This document shows positions 53,134 to 64,000 of a DNA stretch of 64,000 nt, piece by piece. This stretch comes from Pecten maximus (taxonomy: Eukaryota). The translations under genes were made by a program, and so were the position numbers. The notes under the pieces are model-generated. The model saw nothing but the letters and a program-made list of their open reading frames with translations. It had not been told where the DNA came from and did no database searches. The DNA lies in NCBI RefSeq assembly GCF_902652985.1, contig NC_047027.1, positions 33,914,001-33,978,000 on the forward strand. The letters are read 5' to 3'. The stretch's first letter is position 1. Every line of letters starts with the position of its first letter.

Positions 53134-54020
53134 GCTTCGTGTATCAGAAAAATAACAAATCAGATTTATATACACCAATGAAAATGCGGTTAGCGCACAA
53201 GTCATGAAATTGATTTCTTTTGTCATTTTAAGTTACTGTCTAAAATCAAATATTACTTGTATTTTATTATCTTACGCACGCACGTAGTGTACCACCATTA
53301 TAAACCGCTCGGCGATAATTTAGTCTACACTACGTTTTCTGTGTTTCATATCTATAACATAAAAATATATTCAAGTTGATCCATACAAATGTATTGAATT
53401 GAATTCCTGTCGCAAGAGTACTGTTCTGAATATATACACACATATATATGTATGTAAAGTATGTTATTGAATATGAGGCTGTAAGCAGTGTACTATACAG
53501 CTTCGTGTATCAGAAAATAACAAATCAAATATTTATACACCAATGAAGATACGGTTAGCGCACCAGTCATGAAATTGATTTGTTTCGTCATTTATGTTAC
53601 TGCTATAATGAAATCTTGCTAGTATTTTATTGTCATACGTACGCACGTAGTGTACTGCCATTATATACCGTTTCGTGGTGATGTAGTGTACACGCTTTTT
53701 GTGTGTTACATCTCTATAACATAAAAATATGTTCAAGTTGATCCATAAAAATGTTTCTTGTCATTGACACAATGTATCATATGACATTTTTGGTGTTTAT
53801 ATGAAGGTTAAAGACTTAAAATAATGTATCATATGCACTATTTCTTGTTTATCTGAAGGTAAATGAGTTAAAGCAATGTATCATATGCACTTTTTGCTGC
53901 TTACCTGAAGGTTAACAAGTTAAAAAATGTAACATATGCACTATATATTGTTTATCTGAAGATTAAAGAGTTAACACAATGTAGTATATGCACAATTTGT
54001 TGTTTATCTGAAGGTTAAAT
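53134..54020. repeat. Local ~365-bp tandem duplication followed by ~59-bp degenerate repeats
   Basis: GCTTCGTGTATCAGAAAA.. block at about 53134 and 53500; AATGTATCATATGCAC..TTTATCTGAAGGTTAA units at 53770-54020. Confidence 0.8.
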
Positions 54021-54062
54021 GATTGAATTCCTGTCGTGAGAGTACTGTTCTGAATATATATA

Positions 54063-54451
54063 GAGAATACATGGTCAGTGTCCTAAAATATAAGCTGTAT
54101 TTTGGCGAGGGTAAAGAAAGACAAAAGTGGCGAGCCTTGGCGAGCCACTTTTGTCTTTCTGTCCCGAGCCAAAAATACAGCTTATATTTTAAGACACTGA
54201 CCATGTATTCTATTTATCCTGCAACATACATCAAAATAATCATCAAAAATAATTATTTTGAAGTGAAACGGTGTCAAAAATGACAGAAATATATTCGCCT
54301 TTTAAACGTAGTTTCACTTTGAAGTAGGTCAGTCGAACTGACGCACGTGCTAAGATTCCAAAATACAGCTGTTTTCCGTCACTGCCGTATACAGCAAAAA
54401 TATATACGGTGGGTGTATTCCGACAATGCGGTGGCAGTTGCAGGATAAATA
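54063..54451. mobile_element. ~390-bp hairpin-bearing insertion in a (TA)n tract
   Basis: 148-bp hairpin 54064-54211 plus inverted pair TATTTATCCTGCAAC 54211-54225 / 54437-54451; absent from the paralogous local duplicate at about 53397-53495. Confidence 0.75.
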
Positions 54452-55349
54452 TATATATATATACACACACACATATATATATATATATTATGTATGTAAA
54501 GTATATTATTGACTATGAGGCTGTTTAGCAGTGTACTAGTGGATGTCTGATGAAAGTGTAATAAACGGGTCGACAATCGAATAAAATTCACAACTGCGAT
54601 ATACGAACGTGTATAAACAAACTGTAAATGTTTTTATCAAATATCAATTGTATCAATATTTTAGCTCACAATGACAAACTGGCGTACCAACTTAACTACA
54701 TATAGAAATCATACGCAGACAGCATGATTAGCGCATTCATAATTTAGCATACTGACTTATATGTGGGAATGTTAAAGTAAGATAACCGCTAAAATAAGAC
54801 TACCGCTTAAAAATACAACTGAAATAAGATTACCCCTAAAAATATACATTTATTGAATAAAGTACGTACATACCAACCAAGGAAAAACATATGATAATAA
54901 ACATTGTATTGCTAAAAAAGATGCGAGCAGGTCTAACAAAAGAATAGCGATATTGTTTTTCTAGTAATTAATTTTAATATTAATTAATCATATACATGTA
55001 TGTCCTTTATGTTATGCCTCTTAAAATATTCAATAAAAAAGTCAAATTAATGATTTTTTGGTTCCCTCCCACTACCGTAAAACCGATATCATGTTAATTT
55101 GTCTGTGTTTCAGGTGACCGTAACACTGGACTAACTATAACTGTGGCAGAAACATCATCAGGGCCATACCTCTTGTGTTACTATTATCCACCTGGACCCG
55201 GCTTTGTCAATGAGATGAAAACCTTCTACTGTACACAGCCATTAACTGGACGACTGGTGCGGATTTCACGTGACCTGCCGGTTATTAATGCGTGTGAGAT
55301 CGAGGTTTATGGGTACCCACTAAGCTAATTATGAAGATCATATACATGT

Positions 55350-56670
55350 ATACAGATCATGTGTATCCAATAAGCTTATTACACACATCATATCATATGT
55401 ATTCAGTAAGTTTGATATATAGATCATATGTATTCAGTAAGTTTATTATATAGATCATACGTATCCAGTAAGTTTATTATATATATAATATGTATTCAGT
55501 AAGTGTATTATATAGAGCATATGTATTCAGTAAGTTTATTATATAGATCATATGTATTCAGTAAGTTTATTATATAGATCATATGTATCCAGTAAGTTTA
55601 TTATATATATAATATGTATTCAGTAAGTGTATTATATAGAGCATATGTATTCAGTAAGTTTATTATATAGATCATATGTATTCAGTAAGTTTATTATATA
55701 GATCATATGTATCCAGTAAGTTTATTATATAGATCATATGTATTCAGTAAGTTTATTATATAGATAATATGTATTCAGTAAGTTTATTATATAGAGCATA
55801 TGCATTCAGTAAGTTTATTATATAGATCATATGTATTCAGTTAGTTTATTATATAGATAATATGTGTTCAGTAAGTTTATTATATAGAGCATATGTATTC
55901 AGTAAGTTTATTATATAGATCATATATATTCAGTAAGTTTATTATATAGATCATATGTATTCAGTAAGTTTATTATATAGATCATATGTATTCAGTAAGT
56001 TTATTATACAGATAATATGTATTCAGTAAGTTTGTTATACAGATCATATGTATTCAGTTAGTTTATTATATAGATCATATGTATTCAGTAAGTTTATTAT
56101 ATAGAGCATATGCATTCAGTAAGTTTATTATATAGATCATATGTATTCAGTTAGTTTATTATATAGATAATATGTGTTCAGTAAGTTTATTATATAGAGC
56201 ATATGTATTCAGTTAGTTTATTATATAGATCATATGTATTCAGTAAGTTTATTATATAGAGCATATGCATTCAGTAAGTTTATTATATCGATCATATGCA
56301 TTCAGTAAGTTTATTATATAGATCATATGGATTCAGTAAGTTTATTATATAAATCATATGTATTCAGTAAGTTTATTATATAGATCATATGTATTCGGTA
56401 AGTTTATTATATAGATAATATGTATTCGGTAAGTGTTTTATATAGATCGTATATATTCAGTAAGTTTATTATATAGAGCATATGTATCCACTTAGTTTAT
56501 TATATAGAGCATATGTATTCAGTAAGTTTATTATATAGATCATATGTATTCAGTTAGTTTATTATATAGACCATATGTATTCAGTTAGTTTATTATATAG
56601 ACCATATATATTCAGTAAGTTTATTATATATATCATATGTACCCAGAAAACTTATTATACATATCATATA
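55350..56670 (+). repeat. 31-bp satellite downstream of lectin copy 2 (about 40 units)
   Basis: Unit GTATTCAGTAAGTTTATTATATAGATCATAT, homologous to the copy-1 satellite. Confidence 0.95.
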
Positions 56671-57032
56671 TATTCATGTATATTTTTTCGTATCCTCTTT
56701 TGTTTTAGCGAGTAATCATCTCGGTATTTTCTGCTTTTTTAACCGTTTACCTGGTATCTGTTGTGAACTGGATTTTTCTTTTACTCCTTCATCCGTTATT
56801 ATTTTGTCAATGCCTTATAACGATTTTTACTTTAAAATATTGCTTGGAGATTAATATGATGCATGACATATTGCCTGAATGAATATCTTGGCTGTTGTCT
56901 GTTGGTACTATCACATGGTATAACATCGTGACAATTAAAACATGTCTACAAACTGTAGTCGAATCTGTGCTGAAAATGGAGAACTCAAATAAAAAGTCTC
57001 GCATGAACATATTTATATATATTATGACTGTT

Positions 57033-60000
57033 AGGTTGCGCATGCGCTACTTGACGGACGTCTTTCTCTTCCTGCTCGGTAAGGTATCTGTTTTCTAACC
57101 AATTTAACGCTTTCTACTTCGTATTTTTTCTCCACACTTCGCCACCATCAATTTTACATCCCCAACAGCTCTACTTTATCTACTTATACCCCAACCCTCC
57201 CTGCCCTAGCTACTCGAAATCCCCTTTCTTTCGTCTCTGAACCAATTCATATTTCCCGCCATCTTCCTTAGGTATTCTATCAACATCCGGTTTACCACCG
57301 CGACTCCCACACACAGGTAAGACCATGAAAATTGCATTCAAAACATTCACCACAGCTCTCTTTATTTTCTGGTTAGTTAACAAAGCATCACAACTTCACA
57401 CAAACAAATTCCACACATACAATGACGCAACTACATCTCAACCCGACACACACGTAACGCTAGCAATCTGTCCGACACTCACCACTAGACTAAAACACAA
57501 AATAATAAGACCTAGCTGCAACTACCTATTCATCCTCCTACTCTCCATATCTGCAGACACTGAATCAAACCCCGGTCCAAGGGCTCCCAGGTACCCCTGT
57601 GGGTCGTGTGGGAAGGCAGTCTCTTGGAAATCCAGCGCAATATGCTGTGATACATGCAATACTTGGTTCCATGTAGACTGCCAAGGAATGAATAGGTCAT
57701 TCCTTAAGTACTACACGCCCATTGATGTGTCCTGGGAGTGCCTGAACTGTGGCATGCCAACTTTATCATCGACACTCTTTGACAACAACACAACAAACAC
57801 ATCCAACAGATTTAAAAATCTTAGCACCATATCAGACGACCCTACCAGCCCAGGAATACACACAGCATCCTCATCCCCCATAAAAACCCATACTAACTGT
57901 ACACAAACCAACAAATTCACAACACCAATCAGAATAGCTACAATCAATTTCCAATCTATATCAAACAAAAACATGACCTAGACGAACTCATACACACACT
58001 CAAACCAGATATGATAATTGGTACAGAAACATGGTTAAACAACTCCATATCTTCACACGAGTACTTCCCAATCGATCAGTACAATGTTTACATGGGCCAG
58101 CATCACAATGTCCAACTCACATAACCTCATAATAACATCATATTATAGGCCACCTTCAGACAAAGGCACCTCACCCCAACAACTAGAAATTTCCATGCAC
58201 AGACTCAACGCAAACAACAACAACAACAACACAATCACATACATCGGTGGTGATTTTAATCTCCAACACATAGACTGGCAGTCACACCAAACCATAACAG
58301 GTAAACCAGACCAAATCCAACACCAACACTTACTTGACATCATAGCTGACAACTCGCTCACCCAAACCACAAACATACCTACACGTGGTGACCACATACT
58401 TGAACTCGGACTAACTAACAGACCATCTAAAGTAAACAAGACAGAGACAGCACCACCCATTGGCAAAGCAGACCACGACATAATATACACAGAAATAGAT
58501 GTAAGACTGAAAAGAACATGCAAACAACCACGACACATATACACCTACCACAAAGCCAATTGGGACAACATAAAAGAACTTGATATTACACTTAACCAAC
58601 AGACTGACAAAACAGCAAACGACATGTGGAACACATTTAAATCGACACTCCACGAATCAGTAAGCAAAAACATACCTCAAAAACTCCTGACCTACGAATA
58701 CCGACTTCCATGGATGACACACCCCCTCCGTTGCCTCATAAAGCAGTCCAAACGTCTACACTCTAAAAGCCGCACTAACTACCATCTCACACAAAAATAC
58801 AAAACCATAAAAGCAGAAGTACAGAAACAAACACGCAACGCATACCTAAACTACATAGAAAAAATGATCAAAGACATACCCATAAACGAACCAGACTCCC
58901 CACACTCCAACCGAAAATACAACCCCAAAACACTATTCTCTTACATCAAAACCACAAGAAAAGAAAACACCGACATCACATCCCTTCGTAAAGACGGACA
59001 TCTCACTACAGACCCAACCATAAAAGCAAACATTCTCAATCATGAATTTCAAGCCGCATTCACAACAGAACAGAACAACAATATACCAGACAAAGGACCA
59101 TCGCCAAACCCCACCATGCCATAAATCCACATTACACGCAACGGAGTAGACAAATTACTAGGATACATAAATCCCCACAAAGCGACAGGACCTGACCAAA
59201 TACACGGCACAATTCTCAAACAGCTCAAAGACTCCATAGCACCCATACTCACAAAAATCTTCAACACTTCACTCAGCTCAGGGACACTACCACACGACTG
59301 GAAACACGCAAATGTAAACCCAATATACAAGAAAGGAGACAAACACAACCCCACTAACTACCGCCCAATCTCACTCACCTGCATTGCATGCAAAATCATG
59401 GAACACATCATCACAAGCGCTACAATGAAACATCTAGAGGACAATAACATACTCTACAACCTCCAACACGGCTTCCGCTCCTCTAGATTATGTGAAACAC
59501 AACTCGCCACATTCATACACGACCTAACACTAAATAACAATACAAACAAACAGACAGACATTGTCATAATGGACTTTGCCAAAGCATTTGACAAAGTCCC
59601 ACACAAACGCCTCCAGTACAAACTCAAATACTACGGGATTACAGGGAACACACTCACATGGATTACAGACTTTCTAACACACCGCACCCAAACAGTATTA
59701 CTTGAAGGGAAACAATCGGACAAAGTCCAAGTCACTTCAGGAGTACCTCAAGGAACCTGTTTGGGCCCCATACTCTTCCTCATATACATTAACGACCTAC
59801 CAGACTACATCAAACACAGCACTCTCAGACTCTTTGCCGACGATAGCATCATCTACAAGACAATCCACAACACAGACGACGCACACAAATTACAACAAGA
59901 CATAAACGCAGCAGGACAGTGGGAACAAGACTGGCTCATGAAAGTTCACCCAAACAAATGCAATATCATATCCACTTCAAACAAATGCACCAAAACAACA

Positions 60001-60827
60001 TACAACTACAAACTTCACGACCACACACTGCAACAAGTCGACGCCAGCAAATATCTAGGACTCACATTACAGAAAAATCTCAAATAGGACACACACATCA
60101 ACAACATCACTGAAAACGCCAGCAGATCACGAGGCTTCCTAAAACGCAACCTGAAAATAAACTCACAACATATAAAAGAACATGCATACAAAGCCCTAGT
60201 GAAACCCAAACTGGAATACTGCTCTTCCATATGGGACCCGCACAACACAAACCAAATCAACCAGATAGAAAAAATACAACGCAGAGCAGCACGATACGTA
60301 CAAAACTGATACCACAACACAAGTTCAGTACAAGACATGATGGATAAACTCAACTGGCCCACACTTCAAACATGCAGACTCAAGACCAGACTTATACTAC
60401 TATACAAAATCATTCACCATCATGTCGCAATAGACCCACACGGCATCATGCACCCAGCAGACCCTAGGACAAGGCAAACACACCCCTACACCTTCAGACA
60501 CCTATCTGCCACCAATGACATATACAAATACTCCTTTTTCCCACACACAATAACACAATGGAACCTCCTCCCAGTGGCAGCAGTACAATGCACTACACTA
60601 GAGATCTTCAAGGCACATACACACAATGCAGCCCTTGATGATCTCAAGCATACACCGTAAACACACCCTCATGTTTTTATCTTATAGTTTCCACTAAAAA
60701 AAAAACACTTAAAAAAAACCCCTCTCACTGTAACTAAATTCCCTCACTTTTTTAACAGCATCCAACCTAGCTACAAACTAACCGTAATCGTCATTTTTGA
60801 CGGAGGTTGTACCAAGAAAAAGAAGAA
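57033..60827 (+). mobile_element. Full-length, inactivated APE-type non-LTR retrotransposon (CR1/L2/RTE-X-like): leader-2A-PHD-endonuclease-RT
   Basis: TSD GACTGTT (57026-57032, 60828-60834); (AAG)n tail; ORF from 57325 with PHD (CGSC..CCDTCNTWFHVDC..WECLNC), APE (GTETWL, YRPP, GDFN, DHD) and RT (DFAKAFDKV, GVPQG, LFADD). Broken by frameshifts near 57980 and 58090 and in-frame stops at 59122, 60085 and about 60308. Confidence 0.93.
57325..60660 (+). pseudogene. LINE polyprotein (PHD, apurinic endonuclease, reverse transcriptase), disrupted
   Basis: ORF-track pieces 57325-57981, 58084-59124, 59398-60087 and 60337-60660 are consecutive parts of one polyprotein. Confidence 0.9.
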
Positions 60828-61338
60828 GACTGTTTGTGACCAAATTTTGCTTTCCGGTGGATATTAAACGGATACAAAGCAGAAAATAACATTCATAGAT
60901 TAATAAACGCACCTATGAACGCAGAACATTAAAACTGATAAAAGTAAGCGTTTTTATCGCTACGTTTTGTTTGATAAAATGACTTTTATTGCATTAAGTA
61001 GTTGTTATGGTTAGTATAATAAAGATAAATCATTTAAATAAGCGTTGTGATTGTGTTCAAATTACAGATACTGTAACAATACGATAGTGTATGTTTCCGT
61101 CAAGATTTGACAACAACGTCCCAAAAGTAGTCACATTCTTGTGTAACTGGAAAAGACAAAATTATATAGCGGTAGCAAGACATTTTACTATAACACATTC
61201 TAAACAAGCAGATTATTAGGTTGAAATCGGCGTGTGTTCGCTTGGTCGGGTTGTTGCCCCAATGCAGTAAAGCGATATTTTATTGGCTAAAACTGAAACC
61301 TGCTACAAGGCGATGACCATGCTTAATACGAGTGAAGT

Positions 61339-61630
61339 TGACGTAGTACGTGATGTACTTTGTGACGTAGTACGTGATGTACTTTGTGACGTAGTACGTG
61401 ATGTACTTTGTGACGTAGTGCGTGATGTACTTTGTGACGTAGTACGTGATGTACTTTATGACCTAGTACGTGATGTACTTTGTGACGTAGAACGTGATGT
61501 ACTTTGTGACGTAATACATGATGTACTTTGTGACGTAGTATGTGATGTACTTGATGACGTAGTACGTGATGTACTTTGTGACGTAGTACGTGATGTACTT
61601 TGTGACGTAGTACGTGATGTACTTTGTGAT
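61339..61630. repeat. 24-bp minisatellite (12 units)
   Basis: GACGTAGTACGTGATGTACTTTGT tandem. Confidence 0.95.
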
Positions 61631-62355
61631 CCGACAGATCAGCCAAAAAAGAGCAAAGGACAAAGAGAGATTCTATAACACTGTAAATACGTTTTATGGA
61701 ATCAACGTCTGGTTAGCCGATAGAATACTTCATCATTGAAAGTAATGACAATATAGCCTAACAATCCGAACATGCTGTTTGAAATCTTGCATATAGTCCC
61801 GAATTTTATTTGCAATTCACTAAATAAAAAGACGAATTAAGGGTATAAAGACAACCAAAAAAACATTATTTTGTAAAACATAGTTGTTGATTATTAAATT
61901 AATTTGATATTAATAATAGAAAATGTGAATGATCACTTTTAAATACTAATAAGCTTCTTTTTCATATGGGTCATATCACTACGCCTTTTTTGCATATATT
62001 GTATGTGTATTCAAACCACAAAACAACACTGACACTGCCGACTTAATACTATTGTGGTAAAAACAGTGGGTATTGGATACAGAATTTACAAAAAAAACAA
62101 AAAAAAAAAAAAAAAAAAACGTTCAGTAATACCTTCACCCGTTACCATTTTAGATGTTTTACAAAATGTATTATTCCAAAAAGGCACCTTGATTTGGGAG
62201 ACAAAATCAATGAGATAATCACAAGATTGGAAAATTAAAGAGAATGTAGAATGATTTCTTAGAGAAAAAGAAAAATATGAAAACGTTGTGATGATACTGA
62301 AGCATGTGCAGGTGAGATGTTCGTTCTGTTAATTGATGAGAGATATGGTCACATC

Positions 62356-62760
62356 GGTCGGATGTAGGGGATATCCCGGTCAATCAGTCTGGAGAGCCTA
62401 ACGACTATCAGGAGACATGTGAGCAGATCGGAGGAACCTGATACAGGCGAGAAGTAGGCAGAGGTTGCTTCCAGCTGGATTTGGAGGAAGAGGGAGGAAA
62501 GATGGGGTGCTCATCAGGCAAAGTGCTAACCACAAGGTGACGAGAGACAGGTAGGCATCACTGCCCGAGGTGATGTAGCAGGTGACAAGATGTTGCAGAA
62601 ACAGCAAGGTCAACACGCCGCAGTACCAGCAAGCGGCGACAAGAGCCGACCGGTCCCTGGTTGGACCTGATCAACCCAGCCGGCGAACCTCTGGAGGACG
62701 TCGTGGAAAGCGCCGGAACGTCTGAGGAAGGAGGATGCACCTAATGATGTGCCCGGCCAG
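62356..62760 (+). mobile_element. 3' fragment of an RLE-type non-LTR retrotransposon (HERO/NeSL-like)
   Basis: VGCRGYPGQSVWRA*..RRNLI..AEVASSWIWRKREERW (stops and frameshift) matches the EVGCRG..ASxWLW C-terminus of these elements; GC-rich 3' UTR follows. Confidence 0.62.
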
Positions 62761-64000
62761 TATTGGATTCAGTTATTCAGTGTATTCAAGGTATATTACT
62801 CTTCTAGAAAAGGAAAATATTTAACAATTGGTATTATAGAAATAAAGAAATCAATTGAATGTTTATCTACTATCGCTATCTTCAATATCTTACTTGTAAA
62901 CCTTATCCTCCTAAACAGATTCCTACATAGGTTTACGTTTAAAGGGGCATAACCTCTTCCAGACATCAGAAACATGCACAATTTCTATTGATGAAATCTA
63001 CGTCCGAACGATGATTATATGAGAGTTTGTGCCTTCAAGTAATGGAATTAACACCGCGATGTACATGAAATAGGGGTATTGTATACACATACCGTATGTC
63101 TTTGCGGTAATCAGTGACAACTTCGGGTCGAATTAATAATTTTAGGACCTAATACACGAAGAACTCTGGTTTATCGTAAGAGAAAAACTGCAGTTTTAAT
63201 GTAAAGATTATTACTTTCAGTACTTGGGAAAAATACATGTTTTCCATTAAGTTTAATTTTGACAACCTAAACTTTATTCAAACGAAGATATGCCCCTTTA
63301 ACTGTCTTATATAAATTAACCAACGCATATTTTCCAAATAAAATCTTTATTCATTGTAAAATATTCATCTACTTCAGGATAAGTGCAAGCAGTCATCATT
63401 TCTTCTCATCTTCTGGATTTTTACATAAACGCTTTTTGCATACGCACTTAACTACGAAAGTGTCAGTACTGATCTTTAACTGTTCGAAAACTTACACAAA
63501 TTAGAAATTATCTTTAAATACGTATAATAGTCTGTTCCGCTTAACTGCTCAGTGTTTGAGATTACTAGCAGATGATGGAATATCAAATATCTCATAAAAA
63601 GAATAAGATTACAAGTTGTAAATGATGAAATATATTTATACAGATAATAGTTAGGAAACATTCCAATTATCTTTGTTTCTAGCACAAGCTGGATATACAC
63701 AGCTTAGGATTAATTTGCGAATGCCCTTCAAAGAATTTAATTTCAAAATTGAAACAAAAATAATGTGAGTTTCCTAGTTTGTATATGATGTTAACCACCC
63801 TTTAGCAAATCAAAACATTCATGTACGGAGATGTACACGGATAATAGTTCTGCTCAGCGGTCAAATTTAAAGTGACCTCACAGAAATATCGGCGATATTG
63901 TTACACTTTCCGAAAGGTCAAATGCTCCAACCTTTCGATTTGATTCTTTCTGTGAAATACAAGGAAGCAACGTGGTATGAAAGCTGCGAAGAGATACGAA

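Larger units (their letters stand above)
43642..55328 (+). pseudogene. PAN + F-type lectin copy 2, with premature stop in exon 2 (pseudogene, null allele, or exon-2-skipping isoform)
   Basis: Exons 43642-43693, 44885-45118, 51240-51488, 55114-55328, same sizes as copy 1. TAT>TAA at 44899-44901; the rest of the frame and the splice sites are intact. Confidence 0.85.

Noticed and set aside
61283-61678. 131-aa (DVVRDVLC)n ORF and antisense His-rich ORF
   Set aside because: Translation of a 24-bp minisatellite; no independent coding evidence.

Overview
AT-rich, intron-containing animal genomic DNA; the repeat and gene content suggests a bivalve mollusc (inference). There are two assembly gaps. 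All gene models were spliced and translated by hand. (1) 753-20720 (-): a 13-exon type-I membrane receptor with signal peptide, 3 CUB domains, a TM helix and a tyrosine-motif tail. The last exon has a frame anomaly. (2) In its intron 4, on the same strand, is a complete Sola1-type DNA transposon (8792-15228; 30-bp TIRs, ATTT TSD) with a 7-exon, 684-aa DDD transposase. Its only lesion is a nested 1057-bp near-perfect palindrome with CACAGG ends and a 7-bp TSD, resembling P-superfamily/Galileo foldback elements. The palindrome supplies a new in-frame ATG. (3) An ~18.5-kb-offset tandem duplication of a 4-exon secreted PAN/apple + F-type lectin gene: copy 1 (25427-32222) is intact and copy 2 (43642-55328) has a nonsense codon in a skippable exon. 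Both copies carry a GRGD loop and are flanked by self-derived repeats: a 75-bp array of signal-peptide exon/splice-donor cassettes at the 5' end, and a 31-bp satellite born from the stop-codon sequence at the 3' end. (4) A full-length but decayed APE-type LINE with TSD, an N-terminal hydrophobic leader and a 2A-like StopGo motif. Also present: tRNA-derived SINEs, MITEs, ISL2EU and HERO-like relics and several minisatellites. No CRISPR, rRNA or genuine tRNA genes were seen.
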